Positions 9,446 through 19,005 of a stretch of DNA of 64,000 nt are shown piece after piece. This DNA comes from an uncultured Candidatus Rokubacteria bacterium (GTDB lineage Bacteria; Methylomirabilota; Methylomirabilia; Rokubacteriales; CSP1-6): contig CAVYTA010000006.1 in assembly GCA_963771355.1 (NCBI GenBank), positions 128,001-192,000 on the forward strand. The letters run 5' to 3'. How positions within the stretch are numbered: position 1 is the first letter of the stretch; every line of letters starts with the position of its first letter. The position numbers were made by a program, and so were the translations under genes. The notes under the pieces are model-generated. The model made no database searches, had not been told where the DNA came from, and saw only the letters and a list, made by a program, of their open reading frames with translations.

Positions 9446-10210
9446 TCAGATCCCGCCCGTCACATCGATGGTCACGCCGGTGACGAAGTCGGCGTCGGCG
9501 GAGGCGAGGAACCCGATCACCCGCGCCTGATCGCGCGCCTCCGCCACGCGACGGAGGGGGTTCCGCGCGAGCTCTTCCGCTTTCTGGGCATCCGTCCAGC
9601 CGTCCCAGCGCGGCCGGAGCCGCTCGGTGAGGGTGAGGCTGGGGGCGATGGCGTTGACGTTCACCCCGAAGGGCCCCAGCTCGTGCGCGAGCTTGCGCGT
9701 GAAGGCGATGATGCCGCCCTTGGCGGCGGCGTACGCGCTGCTGCTCGACTCGCTCAGTCCGCGCCCGGCGATGGAGGAGATGTTGACGATCTTCCCCGCC
9801 CGCTGACGCTTCATGACCGGCACCACCGCGTGGCAGAAGAGGAAGGTGCCGTCGAGGTTGAAAGCGAGGAGGCGCTGCCACTCCGCCAGCGTCAGCTCGT
9901 CCACGGTGGCGGCGGCCCGGGCGATGACGGTGCTGCCGCCCACCGCATTGACCAGGATGTCGATGCGGCCGTGCTCGGCGGCGACGGCCTTCACCACCTC
10001 GTCCACCTGATGGGGATCGAGGGCGTCGGCGCGATGGCCATGCGCGCGGCCGCCGGCCCCCTGGAGCGCGGCCACCGCGGCGTCGAGCCGCACCTTGTCG
10101 GTGTCGATCAGAACGACCGTGCCACCCTCGGCGACGATGATGTCGGCGGTGGCGCGGCCGATGCCGCTCGCTCCCGCGGTGATGAGCGCGATCCGGCCCT
10201 CGAAGCGCAT
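9446..10210 (-). CDS. SDR family NAD(P)-dependent oxidoreductase
   Basis: TAGASGIG, YAAAK, VNAIAP. Confidence 0.93.
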   Translation of the reverse strand: MRFEGRIALITAGASGIGRATADIIVAEGGTVVLIDTDKVRLDAAVAALQGAGGRAHGHRADALDPHQVDEVVKAVAAEHGRIDILVNAVGGSTVIARAAATVDELTLAEWQRLLAFNLDGTFLFCHAVVPVMKRQRAGKIVNISSIAGRGLSESSSSAYAAAKGGIIAFTRKLAHELGPFGVNVNAIAPSLTLTERLRPRWDGWTDAQKAEELARNPLRRVAEARDQARVIGFLASADADFVTGVTIDVTGGI

Positions 10211-10244
10211 GGCGTCCTCCTCGGCAGTGGGCTCTGCGACGGGA

Positions 10245-11474
10245 TCAGGCGGCGACGGGCGTGGGTCCCTTGGCGTAGGCAATGCTGATGGGGGCGTTGG
10301 CCTCGAAGGGGCTCCAGAGGCCGAGCGTCTTGCCCATCTCGCGGACGGCGGGGAGGACCTCCTGGCCGAGCAGCTTGATGCAGCTCTGGGTGTCGGCGTT
10401 GCTCACGAAGCCGTCGGCGCACCAGAAGCCCAGGATCGAGGGCCGCGTCTCCTCGAGCAACCGGCGGAGCTTGGGGATCACCGTCTTGGGCGTCCCCGCG
10501 ATGATCTGCTGGGAGGCGATCTGGTCCTCGAACTCGGCCGCCCGCGGATTGGCGCCGCGGCCCACCGCGTACTCGACGAAGGCCTTGCGGTAGGACGGCG
10601 AGAAGTAGCCGGAGGGGCTCGACCACACCGGATGCGCGAGCCCGGTGAACTCGCCCTGCATCCACATGAACTGGCGCGCGTTGGCGAGCGCCTTCTCCTC
10701 CGTCTCGGCCACGTGGCAGCGCTGGAGATAGCCGCGGTTCTCGGGGCCGCCGGTATAGCCGGCCTCCGCCGCCACCGAGTCGTAGAGCTCCCAGATTTTC
10801 TTGGTGGCGTCGATGGCGGTGCTGAGCGCGATGTAGGGATAGCGCTGCTTCGCCGCCCAGATGATGGTCTCCTTGCTGAGCACGCCGGGGATCCAGATGC
10901 GCGGATGCGGCTTCTGCAGCGGTACCGCCCAGGGATTCACTACCCGGTGCTGGTAGTGGGTGCCCTCCCAGCGGAAGGGCCCCTCCTGCGTCCAGGCGCG
11001 CACGATGAGCTCGTGCGCCTCCTCGAAGCGCTCGCGGTTGAAGGCGGGATTCACGCCGGTGGCGAGCTGCTCCTGGCCCCCGCCGCGCACGAAGCCCGAG
11101 ACCAGCCGGCCCCCCGAGATCATGTCGATCATGGCCAGCTCCTCGGCCAGCCGCACCGGGTTGTCGGCCAGGGGCAGGGGATTGCCGAGGAGGACGATCT
11201 TCACCCGCTTGGTCATGGCGGCCAGGATCGACGCGAAGACATTGCACTTGGCCTGCATGCAGAACGGCGCATTGTGGTGCTCGTTCAGCATGATGCCGTC
11301 GAAGCCCGACTCTTCCGCCAGTCGGTAGTGCTCGAGGTACTCGTTGTACAGCCGGCTCCCCGCGACGGGATCGAAGTGCTTGTTGGAGAACATCAGCGCG
11401 GTGGCCCCGCGCTTCCGGCCCTCTTCCGCGGGATACGCCGACATCGGTTGCTCGGTGAAGTACATGAGGTGCAT
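10245..11474 (-). CDS. LLM-class (luciferase-like) flavin-dependent oxidoreductase
   Basis: GFDGIMLNEHH, NPVRLAEELAMIDMISGGRL, PLQKPHPRIW. Confidence 0.93.
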   Translation of the reverse strand: MHLMYFTEQPMSAYPAEEGRKRGATALMFSNKHFDPVAGSRLYNEYLEHYRLAEESGFDGIMLNEHHNAPFCMQAKCNVFASILAAMTKRVKIVLLGNPLPLADNPVRLAEELAMIDMISGGRLVSGFVRGGGQEQLATGVNPAFNRERFEEAHELIVRAWTQEGPFRWEGTHYQHRVVNPWAVPLQKPHPRIWIPGVLSKETIIWAAKQRYPYIALSTAIDATKKIWELYDSVAAEAGYTGGPENRGYLQRCHVAETEEKALANARQFMWMQGEFTGLAHPVWSSPSGYFSPSYRKAFVEYAVGRGANPRAAEFEDQIASQQIIAGTPKTVIPKLRRLLEETRPSILGFWCADGFVSNADTQSCIKLLGQEVLPAVREMGKTLGLWSPFEANAPISIAYAKGPTPVAA

Positions 11475-11485
11475 GGGGTCTCTCC

Positions 11486-12292
11486 TCAGCTTCCGGCGGC
11501 GAATTCGAGGACGAGGCGCGCGAGCGCCTCGGGCTGCTCCATGTCCAGGCAATGCCCGGCGCCGTCCACCACCGCCAGGCGCGCCCCGGGCAGGGCCCGC
11601 GCGTAGGCCTCGCCGCATTCGAGCGGCACCACGCGATCCCGGCGTCCCCACACCACCAGCGCGGGCGTGGTCACGCCGGGGAGGAGGTGGGGGAGGGTGG
11701 GGCTGTACATGTAGGGCTTCCACGCGATGCGGAACGTCATCTCACGGTTGAGGTCCCACTCCTCCAGTTGCGGCGTGGGCGGGTCGGCGCCGAAGAGGCG
11801 GTCGAAGGCCTTCTGGTCCTCGAAGCCGGCGCGCGCGTAGTCGATGTAGCTGACCAGCGCCTGATCGAGGATCTCGCCCTGGGCCGGTTTCAAACCCATC
11901 GCTCCGACTAGGATGAGACGGAGGAAGTTTCGCGGCGCCATGCTCGCCATCTCCGCCGCGATCCAGCCGCCGAAGCCGAGTCCAAGCAGCGAAGGCGTGG
12001 TCCAGCCGCGCTCGGTGATCAGGAGCTGATACAGCACCGCCAGGTCGCGCACGCTTCGCATCCAGGCGGGGCGCTCGGTGCCGTCATAGCCCGGATGCGA
12101 GGGGAGGTGGACGGTGAAGCGCTGCGCGAGCGCGTCGTAGAAGGGAAGACGCTCGGGCGTGCCGATGTCGTGGTGCAGGATCAACAGCGGCTCGCCGCGG
12201 CCGCTCGTGCGCAGCCGCACGGGATGGCCCGCCACCCGCACCTCTTCGGTCTTCCAGCTCGCCTCGGGGATGGTCGTCGCGGTGGCGCTCAC
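11486..12292 (-). CDS. Alpha/beta-hydrolase fold protein with degenerate nucleophile elbow
   Basis: PLLILHH, HPGYDG, GLGFGG (no Ser), PALVVWGRRD, GAGH. Confidence 0.85.
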   Translation of the reverse strand: MSATATTIPEASWKTEEVRVAGHPVRLRTSGRGEPLLILHHDIGTPERLPFYDALAQRFTVHLPSHPGYDGTERPAWMRSVRDLAVLYQLLITERGWTTPSLLGLGFGGWIAAEMASMAPRNFLRLILVGAMGLKPAQGEILDQALVSYIDYARAGFEDQKAFDRLFGADPPTPQLEEWDLNREMTFRIAWKPYMYSPTLPHLLPGVTTPALVVWGRRDRVVPLECGEAYARALPGARLAVVDGAGHCLDMEQPEALARLVLEFAAGS

Positions 12293-12399
12293 GGTGTGCT
12301 CGCTCTCTCGGGACCGGGTCTCGAAACGGATGTGCCGACGTGAGTGACGCTATCAGATGGAGTCGGCGTCCCGCAAGAGCCAAGGGCGGCCGCGTCCGG

Positions 12400-13938
12400 T
12401 CACGGGGTCTTGAGCCGCACGTCCTCGTAGGCCGGAAACGGAACCAGGGGCAGCGTGTTGATGGTGTGGTCCGCCACGCGGGGCCCGATACCGATCAATC
12501 CGCGGAGATCCATCACCGGCGCGAACATCACGCGCTCGACGGTGAGGCGCTGGATGCGGTGCAAGGTGGCTTCACGCTTGGCCGGATCCCGCTCGCGCGC
12601 CTGCTGCTGGAAGAGCTCGTCGAGGTCGGGATAGCCGCCGTAGGCATGGCTGCCTTTCGAATATATGAACGCCTCCACGCGGCTGGCCGCATTCCCGGAA
12701 TTGCCCACCGCGGTGAGGAAGAGCCCGCGCAGCTTCTTCTCCTGCCACGCCGCGTAGAACGCCGCGCGCTCCATGAGGCGGGACCGCACGCGGATGCCGG
12801 CGGCGTTCAGCGCGTTCATGGTGGCCTCCGCCACGGTGTAGAAGCCCGGGATGGGCACGAAGTCGCCCGCGTCGAGGCCGTTGGGATAGCCGGCCTCGGC
12901 GAGGAGCTGCTTGGCGCGCGGCAGGTCGTAGGGGGGCGGCTCCACCTGCAAGGCGAACTCCATCACCCGCGGCACGATGACCCCCGCGGGTGGGCAGAAG
13001 CCCACGCAGGCCGCCTCGTTGATCGACTTGCGGTCGAGCGACAGGTTGACCGCCTGCCGCATGCGCCGGTCGTGCCACGGCGACTTGGGATCCCACTGGT
13101 CGGCGAACTCGATCCAGAAGATGGAGGCGTGCCGCGTGTCCACCAGGACCAGGCGCGAATCCTTCTTCACCACCTCGGCCTCCGGCCCGTCGAGGAAGTA
13201 CGCCATGTCGAGCTGGCCGCTCTTGAGCGCGGCCAGCCGGCTGGTGCTGTCGGTGATGCTCTTCATGACCAAGCGCCTGACGTACGGCGGGTGCCGCCAG
13301 TAGCCGGGGTAGGCCTCCAGCACCAGCTCCACGCCGGGCGCGTGGCTCACGAACTTGTAGGGGCCCGCCCCCACCGGCCGCTGGCGGAAGGCCTCCTCGC
13401 CCACCTGCTCGATGTATTTCTTCGGGACGACGAGGCCCGCCGCGGTGGCGGTGGTCCCGTAGAAGGTCATGAAGTCGGGCCAGGCCTGCTTGAGGTGGAA
13501 GCGGACGCGCAGCGGGTCCACCACCTCCACGCGCTGCACGCGCGCCTGGAGCTCCCGCGCCCCCGCGCCCTTGTAGCGGTCGTAGCTGAACTTCACGTCC
13601 TCGGTGGTGACGGGGTCGCCATTGTGGAAGAGGAGACCGCGGCGCAGCCGGAACTCGTAGACGAGGCCATCCGGGCTCTCCGTCCACGATTCGGCCAGGC
13701 TCGGGCCCATCTTCTGCCCCGGCAGCGGGCGCACGAGGGCGTCGTGCACCGCGTAGAGCACGCCGAAGGGCGTGATCTGGGGCGGCGCGGTGGAGGGATC
13801 CAGCCAGGCCGGGGTGACGGTGACGTGAAAGGACACCGTCACCTCGCCCGCGGGCGTCTGGGCGAGCACGGGGGCGGGCGCGGCGAGCAACAACGCGGCG
13901 GCGAGCGAGAGGACGAAGCGGCGGCGCGAAGGAGTCAT
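12400..13938 (-). CDS. ABC transporter substrate-binding protein, family 5
   Basis: Signal peptide; SLAESW..YEFRLRRGLLFHNGDPVTTEDVKFS, PVGAGPYKF. Confidence 0.93.
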   Translation of the reverse strand: MTPSRRRFVLSLAAALLLAAPAPVLAQTPAGEVTVSFHVTVTPAWLDPSTAPPQITPFGVLYAVHDALVRPLPGQKMGPSLAESWTESPDGLVYEFRLRRGLLFHNGDPVTTEDVKFSYDRYKGAGARELQARVQRVEVVDPLRVRFHLKQAWPDFMTFYGTTATAAGLVVPKKYIEQVGEEAFRQRPVGAGPYKFVSHAPGVELVLEAYPGYWRHPPYVRRLVMKSITDSTSRLAALKSGQLDMAYFLDGPEAEVVKKDSRLVLVDTRHASIFWIEFADQWDPKSPWHDRRMRQAVNLSLDRKSINEAACVGFCPPAGVIVPRVMEFALQVEPPPYDLPRAKQLLAEAGYPNGLDAGDFVPIPGFYTVAEATMNALNAAGIRVRSRLMERAAFYAAWQEKKLRGLFLTAVGNSGNAASRVEAFIYSKGSHAYGGYPDLDELFQQQARERDPAKREATLHRIQRLTVERVMFAPVMDLRGLIGIGPRVADHTINTLPLVPFPAYEDVRLKTP

Positions 13939-13966
13939 GCAGTCCCTCCTCGGTACGGAGCGGCCG

Positions 13967-15121
13967 TTACATTCTCGAGTCGTCGACCTTCAATCCCAGC
14001 CAGTGCTGTCCGACCAGCTCGTAGTGGGCGAGGCGTCCCTGCAGGTGCTGGCTGATCACATGGACGTCCTGGAAGTGACGCTGGAGGAGATGGCTCTCGT
14101 AGATCGCGGTGGCGCCGGCCGCATTGTAGACGGCGTCCACCACCTGGACGGCGAGGCGGATGGCGTGGGTGGTGGCCACCCGCAGGGTGGCGCGCTCGTC
14201 GAGCGTGATCTCGCCGTTGGCGCTGGTGCTGGCCCAGACGTCGCGCACCGTCTCCCGCAGCAGCGCGCGGGCCGAGCGCCAGTCGGCCTCGGCATGGCCC
14301 ACCATGTTCTGGATCATGGACTGCTCGCGCAGCGGCGCCGCCATCGCGCGCGGCGTCTTGGCGCCGGCCAGCTCGAGGAAGGTGTCGAGACAGGCGCGGG
14401 CGGTGCCGAGCGCGGCGGCGGCGTCGCCGGAGGCGAAGAGCAAGGTGCGGGGAATCTTGTACAGCGGCCCGGATTCGAGCAGCGGCGGCGTCACCGACAG
14501 CACCGTGCGCCAGCCGGGCACGAAGACATCGCTCACCGCGAAGTGATGGGTGCCGGTGCCGCGCATGCCGCGCGTGTGCCAGGTGTCCAGGAGCTCGGCC
14601 TCCGCCACGGGCACGAAGAGGTACCGCACGTCTGGATTCCCGTCGGGGAGGCGCTGGGGCTGGCCGTCCACCACGACCTGCGCGTGCGCCGCCACCCAGG
14701 CGGCGTGCCGGCAGCCGGTGCTGAAGCCCTGGCGCCCGGTGACTCGATAGCCGCCCGGCACCGGCACCGCGGTGGCGGTGGGCGCCGGCGTATTGGCCAC
14801 CACCGCGCGCGGGGTGTCGACGAAGATCGCCCGGGCAGTCTCGGGAGGCATCCGCGCCGAATAGGTCGCGAAGATGGCGCCCTGATTGACGGCCCACGCG
14901 GTACTGGCGTCCGCCTGCCCCAGTGCTTCGATCACCTGGATATAGGTGGGCGGGTCGATCTCCGGAAAACCCAGGGAGCGCGGGAGCGCCAGGTGGAAAA
15001 GCCCCGCGTCGGCCAGCGCCTCGAATAGCTCGCGCGGCAGCTCGCGCTTCGCCTCGATCTCGTCCGCGGCGGATCGGATCCGGGGAGCCAGCTCACGTGC
15101 CGCATCGAGAGGCGAACGCAC
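13967..15121 (-). CDS. Acyl-CoA dehydrogenase-family flavin monooxygenase (HsaA/NcnH-like)
   Basis: DASTAW, FSTGCRHA, TWHTRGMRGTGTH, LQRHFQDVH; GTG start inferred from promoter position. Confidence 0.88.
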   Translation of the reverse strand: MRSPLDAARELAPRIRSAADEIEAKRELPRELFEALADAGLFHLALPRSLGFPEIDPPTYIQVIEALGQADASTAWAVNQGAIFATYSARMPPETARAIFVDTPRAVVANTPAPTATAVPVPGGYRVTGRQGFSTGCRHAAWVAAHAQVVVDGQPQRLPDGNPDVRYLFVPVAEAELLDTWHTRGMRGTGTHHFAVSDVFVPGWRTVLSVTPPLLESGPLYKIPRTLLFASGDAAAALGTARACLDTFLELAGAKTPRAMAAPLREQSMIQNMVGHAEADWRSARALLRETVRDVWASTSANGEITLDERATLRVATTHAIRLAVQVVDAVYNAAGATAIYESHLLQRHFQDVHVISQHLQGRLAHYELVGQHWLGLKVDDSRM

Positions 15122-15127
15122 CGGGGA

Positions 15128-15156
15128 AGAATGTCCCCCCGCGAGAGCCCTGTCAA
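15128..15156 (-). promoter_or_regulatory. Sigma70-type promoter, probably leaderless transcript
   Basis: TTGACA-N17-CATTCT-N6-GTG on the minus strand. Confidence 0.6.
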
Positions 15157-15191
15157 GTCGCCGCCGAAGCGGGGTACCATTCGCTGACGCC

Positions 15192-16289
15192 ATGCCCCCC
15201 AGCCCCGCGGTGCTCGAGGCGCTCGACACGCTGCTGCCGCCGCTGCTCGGCACGCTCGAGCGCATCACGTGGGTGCAGCGCCACCTCTTCCCGCCCATGG
15301 CCGATCGCCTGGCGTCGGAGCTCACGCCGCGCGCGGCCGCCCTGGACGGGCCGCTCCGGGTCCTCGAGGCGATCGAGTGGCCGGCCGACTTGCGCTTCAT
15401 GCGGGACCGCTTGGTGGACGTGACGCGCCGGACGCTCGCCCTGGTGGAGGCCTTCGGGGACGCGGCGCGCACGCCGGAGGACCCCATCGGCCTCTACCGC
15501 GCGCTCCGACGCTTTGCGCCCCTGCAGGAGGCGCTCTATCCGCTGGCGCCGGTGCTGGACCCGGTGAGCCGCTGGTTCCTCGATCCCGCATGGCGCGATG
15601 ACGAGGCCCTCGTCGCCCGGTTGCGGGCCGCTGCCCTGCGCGACGACGACGTCCGCGTCGGGGTACTGCATTCCAAGAACGAGCGCGACGCCCGCGGCGG
15701 GTTCTCTCTCTACGTGCCGGAGACGTGGAACGCGGGGTCGGCGCCGGCCCTGATCGTGGCGCTACACGGCGGTCATGGCCACGGGCGGGACTTCCTGTGG
15801 AGCTGGGTGCGGGAGGCGCGCGCCCGCGGCATGCTCGTGCTCGCGCCCACCTCGCGGGACCGCACGTGGTCCATCATGGGCGGGGAAGACGTGGACGCGG
15901 ACAATCTGCGCGCCATGGTGGCGTCGGTGGCCGACCGCTACGCGGTGGACCGGAGCCGCGTGCTGCTGACCGGGATGTCGGACGGCGCCACCTACGCGCT
16001 CCTCTGCGGCCTGGGTGACGAGATGCCCTTCACCCACCTGGCCCCCATGTGCGGCGTGCTGCACCCGTATCTCCTCGGAGGCGGCATCGCCGGCGCTCGG
16101 GACCGCCCGATCTATCTGGTCCACGGTGCGCTGGACTGGATGTTCCCGCTGCCCACCGCGCACCTGGCGCGCGAGACCCTGCTCGCGGTGGGCGCGCGGC
16201 TCGTGTACCGCGAGATCGAGGACCTCTCCCACACCTATCCGCGCGACGAGAACCCGCGCGTGCTCGACTGGCTCAACGCGAAAGCGTAG
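15192..16289 (+). CDS. Phospholipase/carboxylesterase family protein with N-terminal helical extension
   Basis: VALHGGHG, TGMSDGA nucleophile, VHGALDWMFP, SHTYPR. Confidence 0.85.
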   Translation: MPPSPAVLEALDTLLPPLLGTLERITWVQRHLFPPMADRLASELTPRAAALDGPLRVLEAIEWPADLRFMRDRLVDVTRRTLALVEAFGDAARTPEDPIGLYRALRRFAPLQEALYPLAPVLDPVSRWFLDPAWRDDEALVARLRAAALRDDDVRVGVLHSKNERDARGGFSLYVPETWNAGSAPALIVALHGGHGHGRDFLWSWVREARARGMLVLAPTSRDRTWSIMGGEDVDADNLRAMVASVADRYAVDRSRVLLTGMSDGATYALLCGLGDEMPFTHLAPMCGVLHPYLLGGGIAGARDRPIYLVHGALDWMFPLPTAHLARETLLAVGARLVYREIEDLSHTYPRDENPRVLDWLNAKA

Positions 16290-19005
16290 GCGTCGCGGTG
16301 AGCTCGGCGGGGCGGCTCCGGGCGGTGAGCAGCGCGGGCAGCACGGCGAGCGCGGCCACCAGCCCCGCCAGCGCGCCGAGGGTGAGGAGCAGCCCGAGAC
16401 TCCAGATGCCCTGGTGCCGGGCCACCAGCAGGGCGCCGAACCCCGCCATGAGCGCGAGCCCGTTGAGGAGCACGGCGAGGGCCGTGCTGCGGGGCAGGGT
16501 GGTCCTGGTGCCGTCCGCGGCCGCTTCCATGTGGCGCACCATCACGTTGACCCCGTACTCGGCGGCAATGCCCATGATGAGCGGCAGCCCCCAGACATTG
16601 GCCAGGTTGAACTTGAGGCCGAGCGGGACCATGAGGCCGAGGGTCCAGATGGTGCCCAGGACGAGCGGGGTGAGGGCGAGCAGGCTCTCGCGCACGCGCC
16701 GCAGGACGAGCAGGATGACGGTCGCCACCAGGAGGAGGGCGTATAGCGTGCCTTCCACATAGGCCCGCTCGATCAACTGGATCGTTTCGTAGGTGATGAC
16801 GGGGGAGCCGGTGACGTCGGGGTCCACGCTGCGCAGGTCGGTGGTGAAGCGATGCGCGGCCTCGCGCTCCCAGATATTCACGGCGGGATGGATGCGGATC
16901 AGGAACTGCCCGCTGCGGCCGACGTGCCGCTGGCGGAGCCCTTCGGGCAGGCTCTCGGGCGTGACGGCGCCCGGGTCGAGGCGCTCCCGGAAGGTCTGCA
17001 TCTTCTCGGCGAAGTCCCGGGCGAGCGCGTCGCCCAGGGGGCCGAGGGTGCGGCGTATCGACGACGCCTCGGCGCGCCCGAGCCGCCCGGAGAGCAGGCC
17101 GAGCCGTGCGTGCAGCGCGGCCAGGGGTGCCGCGGCAGGATTCCCGCGTCCTTCCGACACCGCCAGGCCGAGACGCCGGTGAAGCGCGTCCACCGCGGTG
17201 TGCAAACGCTGGGGATTCAGCGGCGCGGGGGGCGCCACCTGGATGTCGGCGACCTCGGGGGCCATCTGGCGCAGGATGGCGCGCTTGGCCTCCTGCTGCT
17301 CCGGTACCAGCGGGAGCACGCTCTCCACGCGCGAGACCGAGGGGAGCGCGGCGAAGGCGGCCTGCTTTGCGCGTAGCTCGTCGAGCGTCCGGGCGGTGGC
17401 GAGCCCGGTGAAGCCGGAGCGCCCGGCCCGCTCGAGCACGCGTCGCTCCCACTCGACCGACTCGGTGCCCTTGGCCTGGAGGTTGAGGAGGTTGTAGTCG
17501 AAGCCGACCCGCGGGATGGCCACCAGGGCGGCGGCGGTGAGGACGGCGGCCACCGCCAGCACGGGGACCCGATGCCGGGCGAGCCACTCCAGCGCCGGCG
17601 CGTCCAGCCGGGCCCGCGGGTCGGCGGCGCCGCGCGGCACCCACGCGCGGCCCCGGTCGGTGAGGGCAAGCAGGGCGGGAAATACCGTGAGCATGGCGAG
17701 GAAGGCGACCAGGATGGCGATCGCCGAGACGATACCGAACTCGCGGATCCCGCGGAACTCGGTCAGCCCGAGGACCGCGAACGTCCCCGCCGCGGTGAGG
17801 GCCCCGAGCAGGATGCCGGGCCCCGCACGCTCCGCCGTCCGTTCCAGCGCGGCCCCTACCTCCAGCCCCCGCGCGCGCTCCTCCTCGTAGCGGAAGAGGA
17901 AGTAGATGCCGTAGTCGATGCCGATCCCCACCATCAGCGAGATGAACATGACCGAGAAGACGGTGAGCTGCCCGATGGTCAGGGTGATCACGCCCAGCGC
18001 GCACAGGAGGCCGAGCCCCAGCGCGGCCAGCATCAGGAGCGGCCGCCGGATCTCTCGGAAGGCGAGGAAGAGCAATCCCGCGACCACGGCGACGGCGAGC
18101 GCGGTGGCCAGGCCGCTGTCCCGGAAGGCCGTGGTCATCTCGTCGTTGGACAGCGCGGGGGCCCCGGTCACGCCGACGCGCACGCCCGGGAACTCCGCGC
18201 GGAGGCGCGCGATCACGGCGCGGAGCTCGGCGATCTTCTCCTGATTGTCGGTGAAGGAGCCCTCGCGCCGCGTCTGCTCGACGAACACGAAGAGCAGGCG
18301 ACCGTCCGGCGCCGCAAAATAGCCGTCCCCGCCGCGGCCCGGATTGGGCGCGTTGAAGAAATCACCCCACGGGGACTGGTAGGGAGCCGGCGGTCCCTCG
18401 AGCCGAGCCTCCATCTGGGTCAGTAGCCCGTCGAGAATGGCGAAGTTCGGCGGGGCGGCCTTGTCGTCGAGTCCGAAGCCGATGAAGCGGGCCACGAAGG
18501 CGCGCCCCACCTCCTGGTTGATGCCCTCGAGCAGGCGGTCCAGGCTCGGGTGGGCCGCGTAGGAGGTGGCGAACTCCTGGTGATCGAAGAGCTGGTCGTG
18601 CAGCGACGCGAGCGTGTCGAGGGGGAGATACAGGAGCCCGTGACGCTCGAAGAACCCGCGGTCCAGGCGGTAGGTGATGCGCGAGAAACGATCCGGCCGG
18701 GCGGCCAGGGCCTCCGCCAGGCGACCCACGAAGCGCCGCGATTCCTCTCCGCTGTCGGAGTCCACCGCCACCACGATGTCGTTCAGCTCGCCGAAGTCCT
18801 GGAGGTACTCGCGGTAGAGCGCGGCGTAGCGCGCGCTGGCCGGGAGCAGGCGGGCCATGGAGCTCTGGAACCCCAGCGCGTGCATGGTCCAGAGGCTCGC
18901 GGCCACCGCCAGCATCAGGGCCACCCCCAGGGTGACCCATGGACGGCGCGTGGAGAGCTGGACCAGCCGGAGGAGGATCCGGCTGCTCGGCCGAACCGTG
19001 GTCAA
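16273..19005 (-). CDS. MMPL/RND transporter, HpnN-like
   Basis: GVTGAPALSNDEM, GIGIDYGIY, FDYNLLNLQAKGTESVEWE, VTGSPVI; TTGA overlap with upstream stop. Confidence 0.88.
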   Translation of the reverse strand: MTTVRPSSRILLRLVQLSTRRPWVTLGVALMLAVAASLWTMHALGFQSSMARLLPASARYAALYREYLQDFGELNDIVVAVDSDSGEESRRFVGRLAEALAARPDRFSRITYRLDRGFFERHGLLYLPLDTLASLHDQLFDHQEFATSYAAHPSLDRLLEGINQEVGRAFVARFIGFGLDDKAAPPNFAILDGLLTQMEARLEGPPAPYQSPWGDFFNAPNPGRGGDGYFAAPDGRLLFVFVEQTRREGSFTDNQEKIAELRAVIARLRAEFPGVRVGVTGAPALSNDEMTTAFRDSGLATALAVAVVAGLLFLAFREIRRPLLMLAALGLGLLCALGVITLTIGQLTVFSVMFISLMVGIGIDYGIYFLFRYEEERARGLEVGAALERTAERAGPGILLGALTAAGTFAVLGLTEFRGIREFGIVSAIAILVAFLAMLTVFPALLALTDRGRAWVPRGAADPRARLDAPALEWLARHRVPVLAVAAVLTAAALVAIPRVGFDYNLLNLQAKGTESVEWERRVLERAGRSGFTGLATARTLDELRAKQAAFAALPSVSRVESVLPLVPEQQEAKRAILRQMAPEVADIQVAPPAPLNPQRLHTAVDALHRRLGLAVSEGRGNPAAAPLAALHARLGLLSGRLGRAEASSIRRTLGPLGDALARDFAEKMQTFRERLDPGAVTPESLPEGLRQRHVGRSGQFLIRIHPAVNIWEREAAHRFTTDLRSVDPDVTGSPVITYETIQLIERAYVEGTLYALLLVATVILLVLRRVRESLLALTPLVLGTIWTLGLMVPLGLKFNLANVWGLPLIMGIAAEYGVNVMVRHMEAAADGTRTTLPRSTALAVLLNGLALMAGFGALLVARHQGIWSLGLLLTLGALAGLVAALAVLPALLTARSRPAELTATPTLSR

